Below, piece by piece: positions 51,085-64,000 of a stretch of 64,000 nucleotides of DNA. Numbering within the stretch: the first letter of the stretch is position 1; each line of letters begins with the position of its first letter. Position numbers and translations under genes: made by a program. Below the pieces are notes generated by a model that was given only the letters and a program-made list of their open reading frames with translations, had not been told where the DNA came from and made no database searches. Source of the DNA: Kondoa subrosea (taxonomy: Eukaryota); contig BCIN01000003.1 in assembly GCA_039545335.1 (NCBI GenBank), positions 868,001 to 932,000 on the forward strand. The letters run 5' to 3'.

Positions 51085-53867
51085 ATGCGTTTCTTCGATT
51101 TTCTACCGCTTGGGTTGCTTGGCCTGTTAGCTACTGCTTCGACAGCAAGAGCTGATAAATACATTTATGCATCAAGCGTTGAGTTTTGCGGAAAGAATCA
51201 GCTTGTACGTTTGGCCAAAGTATTGGCTCGCTCAGTGATTCATTTTATTTCCGATAGATCCTACTGGAGAAAGTCCAGTTCAAGTTCTTCCCTGGGAGTA
51301 AGCTTCTCCCTTCCTGCCAGCTTGTCAAAAGCTGATCCGTCTCGATCAGATTCCAGCGTCGATTGTAAGTTCAGAAGACGGCTTCTGAAGCCAGAGTCTA
51401 ATATCGCTCTTATCAGTCTCCATCATGGCCAATAGTATAGCAAATAATGTCGATGCTATTGTCAATTTTGAGCTGGTCGCATATGGGCTGAGGGTCTGTC
51501 TAATTTCGCCCTTCTTCATGCTATACGCTTATTGTCAATCAGCCTGTAAACATCTCCATCAATCTATGTGATGCTGCTAGCGGTATTCTATGTCCGCTAC
51601 CTGTTTAGTAAGTTACCGCACAGGCGATTTTGGTCGTCGTTTAATGTACTGCTGCGATAGTAACTACAATGGAACAGCAACATATATCATCCCTGAAGAA
51701 TACACGAAGCAGATACCTTCAATAGCGTACTATCTGCCGGATCTAGAAGCCAAAGCAAGACTATCCATCACAGACCAAACAACCGGTGAAGAAGCAGCTT
51801 GTATCATTGCTTATCTTTCAAACGGTCGAACAACGCAACACTCCTACGTCAGTTGGGCTGTCGGCGCTGTCATTCTGATCGCGTTCATTCTATGCCTCGT
51901 CAACTCCATTTTCCCTATATCAGCTGTCTTTTCCGGTCCAGATTATCGTCTTCTTACCGCAGTAACATGGTTGCAACATATTGTAGTAACGGGAATGATC
52001 TCAGTTCACTATCCAGCACTTTTCCAAGCTTTCACTCGCAATTTCGCTTGGACTTTCGGTCTCATTTATATTTCACCTCTGGAAGACGATACTCTTCGCA
52101 AAGCTCTATCGACTGGCGGACTGAACGAAACTCGACCTGATGCTGTATCGATAACCAATTCCATCAATTCACTGGGATCAGCAATCAGTAGCGTTTATGG
52201 GAATGTTGCTGCTGCTGCTGCTGTAGGACAAAATGCTGCAGCTGGTCCATACGATTTGGCGAACGTCCAATCTGGTACTACACCTGATTCAGCATTCTCT
52301 GGTATTGAGCAATTTGTTGAAAAGATGAAATTGTCACCTGCAACGGCTTTCATTACGTACAGGCAGTTTCTCATTCGCCAAAGAATGAAGCTGATCGGAA
52401 AAATTATAGATCTTTGGTCGTTTTCCTCATGTTGGCTGCAATTATGATCGCCCTTACTGGTTTGGTCGGGCTTGTAGTGTATCTCGTAGCTAGAATGCAG
52501 ATGAAGAAGCGTGGAGAACCGTTTGTAAAGCTTACAAGGAAGCATTGGGTCGATTTTGCTGCTCTCAACGGTCTGAGATGGGTCAGTTTAGCCATTGCAA
52601 ATTCTGATTGGGGTCGAAAGCTGATTTGACATCTTAGTTCATGGTCGCTTTCTTACCCTTGGTTCTGCTCGCTGTCTTCACTTTCCGATTTGAAGATACA
52701 GTTGGATATGCTTTCGTCGCAGTAGCAGCAGTCACCTTTGTCCTGCTCTTGATTGGCCTGGCTGCGATTTTGGCATTAATGATTCTTGGTCGCAGAAGAA
52801 GAGACAATGTATCGCAAATGTATAGCGGTAAATTACAAAGAAGGATGGCACCGCTTTTCGATCAATACAAGCACAAATATTGGTTTGCATCGGCACCAAT
52901 CTTCTTTTTGCTCTTTGTGCAAGCCATATTCGTTGGAGCTGGACAGGTGAGCATTCTTTCTCTCTCATACGGATGCGGAACTAACGCTTTTCATAGCGTC
53001 ATCCTCTTGTGCAACTCATTCCACTCATCATCATTGAAGTCTTTATTCTACTTTTCCTTATCATAACAAGACCTTTCCAAAGCAAGGGTAGCAACGCATT
53101 AACAATCATTCTATCAATTGGTCGCTTGGTAGTTTACGGTCTGCTCCTCAGCTTCCTGCCCAGGTTGAATGTAAACAGGATAGCGGTGTTTGTGTCTTTC
53201 TCTTCGCGTATTCAGCTTTTGCTGATTCTGCAACAGGACCGTTATTGGCATTGTTATTCTGGTCATTCAGAGTGTCTTGTTCTTGGTCATTGTTGTTGTC
53301 ATGATCAAACAGCTAAGTAAGTGCGCGGTCTGTCTCTCCTTATTTTCCACTAATAGAGTCTCTGCCTTCAGTCAAGGGTCTCATCTGGGCTGTCAAGTCT
53401 AAACACACTCGCGGCAAGCGATCGTCAATGTTCGCAACACCTCAAGACCAAGAGCAAGAAAAATCTGAATACTTGGCTGAGAAAGCTTTACCTATTCGCG
53501 ATCCCCTCAATGCTCCACCTGAAAGCGACGATCTAACACCGCCTCGTAGACCTGACTCTATGGCATCTTCCACCACTTTGGTCGAATCAAGGCCTCAATC
53601 TAACCGATTCTCAAAATCCAGATTCAGCGGCATGTTCGGCGCGAAAGAAGAGGATAGGAGACAGTCTGCGCTTGCAGAGCCAGCTGTCATGAATGAACGA
53701 CCGATGTCCCAAGTTTCTGGTGAGCTGACATTATCCTTACTAATGATAGCGATCTAATATGCCGTATGATTAGCCGCTGAGAATGTATACGCAGCATCAG
53801 AACAGCAAGCACGGCTGAGCAACGCATATCTGGCAGCATCTCGCCCACCATCAACATATCAACATAA
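51085..53867 (+). CDS. FLC/TRP-like membrane protein (TRP_N ML-like domain + TRP domain)
   Basis: Signal peptide, ..CPLP..NY, IPSIAYYLPDLEA, AACI..LSNGRT, WLQH..TGMISVHYP..AFTRNFAW, multiple TM helices, LFDQYK. Confidence 0.88.
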
Positions 53868-54032
53868 CTTGTAAGAAGTCCATTCAGCAAAGGTAGAAGT
53901 CAAAAGCGGATTTGATAGCTTACATCCTCATGGACACTCATTTTAGCATCCTTTTCTGCGTTTTACAATTACCGTGTAACATAGAAATGATATCCTAGAC
54001 TTCCTGTATTCGCTTCTTCTCACGAATGATCT

Positions 54033-55150
54033 TCAACTTTTCTGCTTGACTACTGGGCGGAGATTGATAACATCTTCTGCTGTACTTCCTTGCCAGTCTT
54101 TCTGCTGTAGGTAGCTGCCCAAAGCAAGCTTCTCCGGTTCCCACCAGCCTTGCAACATCAATGACTGTTCCAACCAAACAGAGGGGATTGTCATGTAAGC
54201 TTTCCTTATCGCTTGCCAAGCTTGATCTCGTATTGATTGAACCACTTCTCTCAGTAATATCAGCTGGAGATCGTGTTCTGCTTTCGGTTTGTCCAGAAGC
54301 CTTCGTATTCCAACCCAATTGTTTTGCGAGATATGACGATAGCATTGGACAGCGAATTCAAGATGTTTGTTATCCGTAGATAAAACAGGAAAAGTTTCAC
54401 TGTAGAGATCTCTACTTGATACAGAACAGGTTAAAAAGGCGTAGTTGGTCCAGAAAGAAGATGCTGGGTTTGGATAGCAGAGGGAGAAGAGAAGATAAAG
54501 AGAAGCAAAGTAACAATGATTATCCAGCTGTGCAGAAGAGTCGGAGAGAGAAAGCTTGGCTAGTTTGCTATCCAGATTTGACCGTTCTTGAGCATGTAAG
54601 CGAATGAGAAGAGGGAAAGTCGTCGTGAGCGTCGCTTGATGTCTTGCTTCGATCGCCAGCTGTAGGGATTCTTCGTATACTTCTACTGCGAAAGAGTCAT
54701 TCCGGTGCGATGCCAGTAGACCTTCTCTGAGTTTTCTCAAATCGAGCAATATGTTTGACACATCTTCACGTTGAGCAGAAGAAGTCCATGATCCCAAGTG
54801 ATCGGGATACTTGCTACGATACGCTGAAATCTAGCATACAGCTTCAGCCGGATGATATTGTCTGCATGAAATTGGGCTGACCTTGTTGTCAATATGCGAC
54901 CGATACTCAGCTTGAGTTGTTGGATCTCGCAAGCTACATTCCGGTCGTTCATCCATATTCAGTATAATATATTGCACACTCACCTCTTCTCGCCAGTTAC
55001 TTCACCGCGAGAGGGAGATCTCAACAACTCCAAACTGTTTTGCTTTACTGCGCCCTTCTTGAATCGTTCTGCTCTGGTATGAAGCTTATTTTGTGACTCT
55101 ATCAAAGGATGAATGTTGGCTGGACTGGCCCAGCGAGATTGACTTGACAT
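54033..55150 (-). CDS. SAC3/GANP/CSN8-like PCI-domain protein
   Basis: ILLDLRKLREGLLAS..FAVEVYE, NNWV, IRDQAWQAIRKAY..IPSVWLEQSL. Confidence 0.7.
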
Positions 55151-55401
55151 CGTTGATTTAGGTCATCGCCGTATTTGTGCTTGGACAACAATGCAGATGC
55201 ATTTTGGGTCTTCAATCTCAGGATCTCTGTACAGGATATGTGCTAGGCCATATCTGTCAATTACTGAGCGTTTTCTTATTATGAATTCTTCCCTTTCAAT
55301 ACCTCTATTCCTCCACCCGATTTGATCTTCTTCTCGGATCAATATCCGCCCTCTCGATAGACGATTCTTTAATCAAGCCATTTCATTCAAGAGCTGCCCC
55401 A

Positions 55402-56311
55402 ATGAATCAATTATCTCAAGAGGCTATAGATATAGAGGACCGAGTTCGTGAATCCTCGTTCAGAGTCTAGCTTCGCAAACTGTTTATACCAGGATCTTTG
55501 GGCAAGAGCTTCTACAGGATACCACCGTCAGTGGGATGCATACGCAAAGAAAGAACGTGTAAGCGCTTTATCTGTCTTTGACGATTCTCAAAGGCTCAAT
55601 GACACGATCCTTTGTAGGTCTCGCCTATGAAAGCTCGCGGAATCATCGTTCGCAACGCCATCAAAGTACTTGCGACCTTACCTATCGATCGGTATAAAGC
55701 AAATGTAGCGGCTTTGGACCTGTTAGGCGATCTCAAGTTCGGTGAATCGACTATCGCGACTGGTTGGCTTTGGCAGAATATTGATGACTTGAACCGCTTA
55801 GCCACTGCTATTTCCGCGCTATTGCAAAGGCAACCAGACATCCTCGACCCTCGTCTTCGTAGATTACTAGATGCAGCAATTAGAGATGTAAGTTGGTCTT
55901 TCGGATTGCTGGCACCAAGGCTAACACCGCGATAGGTAACCATGAAACATCGTCAATTTGGTCCAGTTGTTGTTAGCATCCCGTCCTTATTTTGAAATGC
56001 TACAGCTGAAGTGCTTGGAGCAGGTATCCCAAACCTCTGCCTCAAATATCTCAGGAAGGTCTCGGCCTGTAGGACCATATATTACCACAGCAGATTCGCA
56101 ATATCCGCGTCCCATGTCTCGGAATTCAACACCTCCAATACCATCAAGCAAGACAAATCGAATTCCGAGGGTATCTACCCTCTTCAGAGGTCCTCCTCAG
56201 CATCCAATCGATCAGCATGCTACGCATTCAAGAGTTGCTACAAGACCGAGGTCGAAACGTCAACGTACATTGCAATTCGTGCAGAATATGTTTACGAGAA
56301 GTCCTAAGTGA
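55402..56311 (+). CDS. Hypothetical protein
   Basis: Adjacent ORFs 55627-55935 and 55958-56311 with intervening GT..AG sites. No family recognised. Confidence 0.3.
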
Positions 56312-56481
56312 GATACATGGCTTGTTTAGCAGTCCATATAGTAGTCGCTAGCTGTACGCTGTCTTAGTATCAATGTGCATATATCGCGTTGCGGCTTCCC
56401 GCTGATGACTCCGACTCCGACTTTTGCAGCTCAATCAATACGTTCTCAAACTTGCTCAACCGCCTTGTTCTGCAGAGTACA

Positions 56482-58283
56482 ATGAACACGGAAGCAAAGA
56501 AGGTTCTACACGACAATGAGCGGCGCTTGCGTGAAGTCGCAAGAGATTTGTAATTATAGCTTTCAATTCCACGCGAGTAGATCATTAGCTGATGTCCTCT
56601 ATAGCCGCTCAGATACTTTCACAATCCAAACTCCTGCCATGTTCGATGCAATGGCGCAAGCATCGCGAGGTGACGATACTTACAATGTCAGTCTTAAGTA
56701 ATGGTTGCCAGTTTCGCAAGTACTCAAATGTATGTGTAGGAAGATGAAACAACACAAGAGTTTCAGAAACGGATCGCTGAGATGACAGGAAAAGAAGCTG
56801 GTGAGTCAAAACCAGCTCAAACTTCAGAGTCGAGGGTGCTCATATGCAATAAACAGGTCTCTTCTGCGTTAGTGGTACAATGGTAAGTTGACCAGCTACG
56901 ATATGAGTTTTTACTCACGGCGAAGATCAGACGAATCAAGTAGCTTTGCGGACGCACTTGATCCAAGTATGTCTCGCCATTGGTTTGCTTGGGTTATACT
57001 GAAAGGGCAATGATTTAGCCCCCGCATGCTATCATCCTGGACTCTCGGGCCCATGTGCATGTCAATGAAGCAGGCGGTCTGGCCTATCACTCGCAGGTGT
57101 GGTTGCGCCCGAGGTCATTAGCATGTACTTGGTCTAAAGACTTATATTACAGGCTCAAACCATCAGTCTCGTACCAAAGAATGGTCGCTTCTTGACCTGG
57201 GATGATGATATACTTCCTGCCATCGTGCTCGACGATTCTAATATTCATACGTGCCCGACAAAAGTGATTGAACTTGAAAATACTCTAGGCGGTAGGTAGT
57301 GCAAGGGAAGGCTGTCTTATCGTACTGATGTATTGCAACAGGAACCATTTTCCCGCAAGACGAGGTCGAGAAAATTTCGCGAGAAGCACACAAGTTAGGC
57401 AGTAGGCTCGTCTGTGTGGAACAGGAATAGAATTGCTGATTGGCTAGCAGTACTGATGCACATGGACGGAGCTCGGATATGGGAAACAGCAGCTGCTACG
57501 GGTCTCTCGCTGAAAGAGCTGTGTGTTCCCTTTGATAGCGTTTCGCTGTGTTTGAGCAAAGGAATCGGTAAGTCATAAGGGAGACCTTGTTTCCTGTGCT
57601 AATACGCTCTGATATCTAGGTGCTCCCATCGGAAGGTAGATTGAGATCTACCGTTACCGTATTCACGTTTAACATTGCATCCAGTGTACTTGTTGGCTCG
57701 CAAAAGTTCATCTACAAAGCTCTTCGCTTCCGAAAGGTCTTTGGAGGGTCGCTACGACAGGTAAGCCATCTGACATTGGAAATTGCTCCTTAACTCATCG
57801 TTCACCTAGGGTGGAATCATTGTAGCGGCTGCTGAATACGCTCTTGATGCGCATTTTCCCCTCTTGAAGAAAGCACATGAACTCGCGACAAAACTTGCAA
57901 CGGGACTGGCTGATGCTGGCGTGCGCATTCTTATGCCAGTGCAAACTAATATGGTCTTTTGCGAGTGAGTTGCTGTGTTTTCAGCCCAAGTCAATCTCAC
58001 TCACAAGAATGGCAGCTGCTCACCACTTGGTTTCTCGATACAAGATTTGCAAACAAGGTTGGCTGAAGGAGAAAACAAGGTTGTCATCAATACTTCTGGT
58101 CGACTAGTGGTTCACCATCAAACTTCGCCTCAAGCAGTTGAAGATCTTCTGGAAGTGGTCTCCGCGATGCAAAAGGAGTACAGCGACAAAGCGAAACCGC
58201 TCAGCGAAGCAGATTCAACAGAATCGAAAGGTTTCGCTCGCGGACTGGACTTCCCTCATTCAGTGCCGGAAGTAGGCAGGTAG
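56482..58283 (+). CDS. GLY1: Low-specificity L-threonine aldolase
   Basis: DFRSDTFT..GDD, GKEAGLFCVSGTMTNQ, HVHVNEAGG, LENTLGG, HMDGARIW, SVSLCLSKGIGAPIGS, RKVFGG. Confidence 0.93.
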
Positions 58284-58429
58284 CAATAGAGGAGCATACA
58301 TGTTGAAATAGAAGCCTTCACATACTGTGTCTCGTACCGGTACATCCGAGACATTCAGACTTCCCTTGAGATTTTTATGCACCTCTTTCTTTCCCATCCA
58401 TACCTTCGCCTCGAAAAGGCTGGCCAGGA

Positions 58430-60200
58430 ATGAATCCTGCTCCTATTGCGAGCTGTAGTAGAAGTGTGAAAGGCAAAAGCCCAGCTCCTCGCGAAGTCAA
58501 AGTGAGCATGACCAAATTTTCAATCTGAGCTCTGAGGGCTTACTTCAACCTCAGAAGCGCTATGCTTGCACTCACGAAGGATGTGACAAGGCCTACACCA
58601 AGCCTGCTAGACTCAAGGAGCACGAGCGCGTTCATACTGGCGAAGTAATTGCATTCAAAATTTGCTTTGACCAGTCGAACTCATTCATCTATGCTTATAG
58701 CGACCTTTTGTCTGCTCTCATTGCAATCAGAGCTATCGAAGAGACACTCACTTGAACGCTCATTTGCGAACTCATCTTTCCGAAGAAGATAAACCCTTGG
58801 GTTGCACGCATTCTGGCTGCACCAAACGCTTCTGGACCAACCAGCATTTGCGCTCTCATGTTGCATCCTGTCATGAAGGTGGTCAAACTTTTGCCGTAAG
58901 CTTTCAATTCCTGTCTATCACTCTCTGTTACTTCTCTCTTCTGTCACAATTATTATCTGTCGTTATCATGGCCAACAACCGCATGGCTTAGTCAGTTCTT
59001 GCGTGCTTCTACTCTGTCAAAGGAGTGTTCGGTCAAACGAACGTAAGAGGAAGACACCATTTCGCAAAGAGCGTTACAAGCATGCAAGATCAAGTTCTCT
59101 TTATTGAGTCCAGCAGTGGCCCTTCGGGGCAGAGTTGAAGTTTGGACGCTGCCTTTTCGAGCAGATAGAGCCTTTGTCGCAAGATAATTGCTCGCGCCAA
59201 AGTTCTTAGTTACATTGTTGTCATTCTTTTCTCCTTCGCATGTCGTTCTCGGAGATCTGAAACTGATTGTAGATCGATCTCTACAGTGCGATCAATGCGA
59301 AGACAGTTTTACCAAACATCATCAACTGAGATCTCATGTCGCTGAAGCTCATTGCCCTCCTGGGACCAGGCCATTTCGTTGCGAACACGAAGGTTGCGAC
59401 AAGAGCTTTTTGACTGGGAGCAAGCTTCGCGCTCACGCTAAGACGCATGATCGTGAGTTTGCTTTTGCCGTGAAGACCTTGGCTAAGACTTTGTTTTAGA
59501 GTCGCGCTATACCTGCGGACATCTTGCTTGTGCAACTCTTCCACAAGGGCCTCCTACGTTCCCAAACTGGACCGCTTTGCAAAAACACACCAAGACGGAT
59601 CATCCACCTGTTTGCCATCATCCGGATTGTTCTGAGAAGAGTTTCGCTTCTCAGTCTGCTTTGCGAACTCATTTGTCCGCTGAGCATAATCAAGTAATCG
59701 AGGCCCCCAAAGCCAAACGCAAGCGAAAAGCCAAGCAACAAGATCCTTCTGATCTCACCGATACTGGAAATGATACTGCGAGGGAATTGGAGGAAGAGTT
59801 GACTGCTGGATCTTCCAAGGTTCTTTCGTGCCCTCATCCTGGCTGCAAGTTCACTGCTCGCAAGCAACACGTTCTCGAAAGGCATCAGAGCAATGCTCAT
59901 CGCACGTCGACCCCCACTTCCACAGCCATCGATCTTCTGACCGGTTACAATTACCTTACTGCACCTGTTGTTCAGTATGATGAAGATGATCAAACACCAG
60001 TCAAGCGTCGCAAGCTACTCGATCGTATCTATCCATGTCCAATTGATCAACTGGATGCTTTTGATGTTGCGGTCGCATGTCAATTCGCTTTCAAGCGGCA
60101 ATTCGATGTAGCAAGGCATTTGAAGGCATCTCACGGCGTAGAAGTGGATGATGAGTACCTGACTGATGTTCTCAAGACTGCTAGAGCTGTTGCTGTGTAA
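58430..60200 (+). CDS. PZF1: Transcription factor IIIA-like protein with nine C2H2 zinc fingers
   Basis: Nine fingers counted, including C..GC.KAYTKPARLKEHERVH, RFWTNQHL, FTKHHQLRSH and F..WTALQKH, which match fungal TFIIIA patterns. Confidence 0.8.
58990..59217 (+). ncRNA. Candidate structured intronic RNA element in the 391-nt TFIIIA intron (58896-59286)
   Basis: 12-bp helix 58997-59008/59078-59089; C-UUCG-G capped hairpin 59119-59130 inside a GTCCA/TGGAC stem; CTTTG/CAAAG stem; ANANNA (AGATCA 59087) and ACA (59212). Confidence 0.5.
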
Positions 60201-60375
60201 TTTTGACGCGTATTCTGCCAACCTTTTGTAATTGTAATCTGTCACCGCATCTTTGCATTGTACTTTGCTTTTTATACGCGCTCTCCTATCTGTAACTCGT
60301 CATTGGCTGTCTCGCGGAAAAAGCAAAGCTATCTTTGCATTGACATATACTATGTTCTAGTCTAGTCTAGTCGAT

Positions 60376-61756
60376 CTATGCAGCTTCCGCGACAGCTCTG
60401 ACTGCTTCCACCCTACGCACACACAGATCATCAGCGGCATCCCTAGGGTCTATGCGAAAGGCTCGACTAACCTGCTTAAGCTAACACCAGTCTGAGCCAA
60501 CAAACTTGTCGCAGCACCATCAGCAGCGCTCAAGTGCTTGATCGCTTCCAAATGAGAATCGCCAGTTGATTGTTTCCCACCTCTTCTATCTTTATGTCTC
60601 AAATTACCCATTGCGTTCAAAGAAGCATCGAAAGAATTGAGTAGAGCTTGTAAAGGTAAAGATAATGAACCTTGAGCTCCTGGTGCAACGGAAGGTACAG
60701 CCAAAGGTGTGAAAGTGGATGCTGGAAGAGCTGAAGTTCTAGGTTGATTGATTGAGGGTGCACTCTCGGTTGAGGGTGCAGCTAAAGTGGAGAGGAAAGC
60801 TGTGAGAAGTGAAGAACGGGAAATGGTGACTGGATATTCTTTTAGGACTTTGGTTGGGATGCATTGATTTTCGGCCAAGCTGTAAGGCAAATGTATCAAA
60901 GCAGATTCTCAAAGTGAATAGCGCTGACCAAAGCTCACCTTGCAGAATCGAATTTACCATTCTTGTGCACTGCTAAATAAGAGTCCGTAAGACGGAAAGC
61001 ACGAAGTGAAATGGTGCCGGAAGAAGCGCTTGAAGTGTCTACAACATTTGTCAGTCGCATTTTATTGTGAGGAAAGGAAATCTGACTGACCATAAACTAA
61101 GGCAACACCTTTTCCTGGTCCTTTCTTTTCTGCTGTACCTAATCTTGCCTTGGTCTTTCCAGTAGCAGCACTTCCTTCTGCTGATCCCAATTGATACCTC
61201 GCTAAAGCTTCAATCAAACTTCCGTTGTGACCGGTCGTTTGTCCGTCATGAGTTGTAGCATAGAATCCCACTACATTCGCATCCACATTCAATTCAGCCA
61301 AACGAGGTAAGAATTGGGCAGTGTAAGCTGAAGCATTGGCAGCAGCAGTGTCGAAAGTAGTTTCTTTCGTTCTCGCATAATCACGGTCTCGGTCGTCTAC
61401 GTATTCAGTGACTGGGAAGATGTGATTGGGAGGAAAAGGATAACAGTCTGAGACGTCCAAGACACCAGAAGAGTCCAAGCCTAACAATTGACCTGCTGGC
61501 TGAGAATTTGAAGGTTGCTGTCTTGCATGTCTGACAATCTTGAGCACGGCCTACATACAGGGACATCTGAGCGTCAGAACAGCTGTCCTACAGAGGCAGC
61601 AGCAGCACGACGAACCAAAGCATCCACTCGAACAGAATCCAATTCCTGATTTTCAAATTCGCCTTGACTTGAAGAAACGGTAGCTTTGCGCGATTCAGTG
61701 ACTGTTTCCTTTGTCGTTGCATGTCTAGCTTGCAATTGACTCGCTAGAGAAGCCAT
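60376..61756 (-). CDS. Translation initiation factor eIF3 subunit h (MPN domain), divergent
   Basis: SVRVDALAVLKIVRH..GQLLGLD..VLDVSDCYPFP..L.ELNVDANVVGFY..VALVYD..F.L...EYPVTI.RS.L. Confidence 0.75.
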
Positions 61757-61859
61757 ACTTGTAGGCTCTGCAAGTTGGTTGATATCACAAAAGAGAGAGA
61801 GAGGTCTCGAAAAACAGGCCCAGGGAAATTTGGGCATCACAGGGCAAAGAGATTGGGAA

Positions 61860-63138
61860 ATGGGCTTTCTGCTTCGAGCTCAACGTTTTCTACTACTTCC
61901 TCTTGTCGGATATCCATTTCTGCTCTTTCTTCTATCTTGCGAACCAATTCAAAGAAATGCGATCTATGTCCATCGCGTAAATTGGCCTCTGTTCGCTTCC
62001 TACCATTCTCCTGAAGTCTATGGATTCGAGAGAGACTCGTGGGAAAGTCTGAAGCTGCCTACGGCGGATGGAACTCACATTGGAGTGACTTTCATGCGTG
62101 CAACTGCTGCTCGTACTTTCTTCCGCTTAACAAACATTGCCAATGTAGCTGATCCGGTTAATAGCCTCTGCACGACCAGTTTTGCGTGAGTCTGCCTCTT
62201 TGACTATAATGCCCTGTCATATTAACCATTTTTTGAAAGTCTACTTCCACGGCAATGCGGGCAATCGCCTGACTCCCAGACGTAGAGAGTTCGCCAAGCA
62301 AGCTTTGAATCTAGGTTACGATTTCGTCACAATGGATTACAGAGGCTTTGGGGATTCCGATCGCGCTCTATACCCCAGCGAAAATGGTTTGAATATTGAT
62401 GCTAGAACAGTCTATCATTGGTTAATACGTGGTGAGTGTCTTTGGCATTCATACCTTATCAATGAAGCTCAGTGATGAAGCAGAAAAGAAGACAGATGCG
62501 AAGAATATAATACTTGCGGGACATTCGCTTGGGACTGGTGTAGCTGCTCACCTAGCATATTCATTAACACAAGAAGGCAACTCTCTTTCATCACATCGTG
62601 CATACACGCTCGAAGCTGAACAATCCGCACAGGATCTCCGCCTCGAGCTCTGGTTTTGATAGCACCTTATACTTCAATCGCAAAACTTCTCGAGACATAC
62701 CGTCTTTTCAAATTCATTCCAATCTTAGCAGTAAGGCTTTTCTCTTACTCTATCCTCCTTTCCCTTCTCAAGTGTTGGATATAGCCCATACGGAAAATCA
62801 ACTACTTGCACAATTTGCTCCTTACCTACCTCAAAACCAAATTCGAAACGCTCTCCATCATCAATCAGATTCATTGTCCTATTCTGTTGGTTCACAGTCA
62901 AGATGATTGGGATATCATCGCTTCACACTCTCGTGACTTATTTAATCATCTAGCGGGAGAAGAGAATATTGAATATGAAATAGTGCAAAGTTATGGAAGA
63001 GTGCGAGAGGTGCGGAAAGAAAGCGGGTTGGTAGTTCATCTGGAAGCAGAAAAGGGAGGACATAATCAGGTGATGATCAGCGAATCGGTTGCACTATACA
63101 TCAAGAAAGTAGTAGAGAATGGACAATCAAGTGCATAA
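61860..63138 (+). CDS. Alpha/beta hydrolase, ABHD12-like
   Basis: N-terminal TM, LPTADG, YFHGNAGNR, DYRGFGDS..PSENG..DA, GHSLGTGV, PILLVHS.DD, GGHN. Confidence 0.9.
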
Positions 63139-63195
63139 ATATATAGTATAAAGCGAGGGAGCTAATCTATTGTAACATATCTTTAGCTTGACTCA

Positions 63196-64000
63196 TCAAA
63201 GCAGTGTTTCGCCTAATTTTTATCAATCAGCTCAAATCGAAGGCAGCAAGAAGAAGTTACATACCCAGAGCTGAGCGCACTAAGCTTCTACCCACCTCCA
63301 CTGTAGCTCGTACTGCTACAGTATCTTCCAGACTTGGGTTGACTTCCTGCATGATTCAATCAGCTTGTCGCTCTTGTAGTCAGCAATAAGTACTTACCAT
63401 CAGATCTAGTGCAACGAGCAGTCCAGTTTCCGCAATAGCTGTGGGAACACTTTAAATCACGAAAATCGGGCAATCATAATTACCGACCTTCGCAGATATA
63501 CTGTTGCAGCAGATCAATCAGCAAATACTTGTAAAAGAATGACAGACTCACATGACCCTCTCTGAAAGTTAGACCGCCCCGCACAGGAGTACCTGTCAAT
63601 TATCGTCAATCGAATACTTTAGGTCAGCAGAGCAAGACATACCCGTCGATGGTGCAACAGTAGGATCCATTGCGTCCACATCGAAAGAAAGATGTATCGG
63701 TCGATCTCGCTTAGGGTTGACATGATCGAGAGCCATTTCGACAACCTTGCCAATTCCATACTTGTCAACTTCATGCATCGAGAAAGCCTTGATTTCTATG
63801 AAAAGAATGAGCCAGGTTCAATCCATCTCAAATTGTGATGCGTACTGTTCTCTCGCAGAATCTTCTTCTCGCCAGAATCGACGTCTCTCAATCCGATGTA
63901 TACTAAACGATCTTTCTTCAAGATTGGTTTGATCCACGAGTATTCAGGTATCTCAGTTCCCTCTAGCCCAAGAAGAAAAGAGACAGGACAGCCATGCAAA
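63196..64000 (-). CDS. CAR1: Arginase (3' part; 5' end beyond the window)
   Basis: HGCPVSFLLG, LVYIGLRDVD.GEK, FSMHEVDKYGIG, IHLSFDVDAMDP..APSTGTPVRGGL; ends ALGETLL*. Confidence 0.97.

Noticed and set aside
60356..60372. TCTAG x3 microrepeat (and ACTGA-type repeats near 48417-48447)
   Set aside because: Short simple repeats in 3' regions with no spacers; not CRISPR-like or transposon termini.
39368..61756. Two eIF3 subunit genes (c and h) within about 20 kb
   Set aside because: They are separated by about ten unrelated genes; there is no evidence of a functional cluster.

Overview
Gene-dense, intron-rich fungal DNA (short GT-AG introns of about 50 nt). The Rhodotorula-type split point of the fatty-acid synthase points to a basidiomycete, probably Pucciniomycotina (inference). 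Most of the window is housekeeping: BioF, GCLM, FAS2, DPH4, ADA2, a GT69 mannosyltransferase, Bli-3, MPDU1, an AVT-type transporter, HemK/MTQ1, eIF3c, ATP5, an AEC transporter, a methyltransferase, RNase H2B, FLC/TRP, a PCI protein, threonine aldolase, TFIIIA, eIF3h, an ABHD12-like hydrolase and arginase. The standout is a compact ~4 kb module at 31972-35904. Two zinc-finger-repeat PARP-like ADP-ribosyltransferase (ART) genes flank a NADAR (YbiA/DUF1768) gene, giving a candidate eukaryotic writer-eraser or toxin-antitoxin ADP-ribosylation system. Other notable signals are a 391-nt structured intron between zinc fingers 3 and 4 of TFIIIA, a DPH4 gene with no in-frame ATG (possible CUG start), an eroded duplicate of FAS2, and a single-ACP FAS2. 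All exon structures were assembled by eye, so boundaries are approximate, and no database searches were run.
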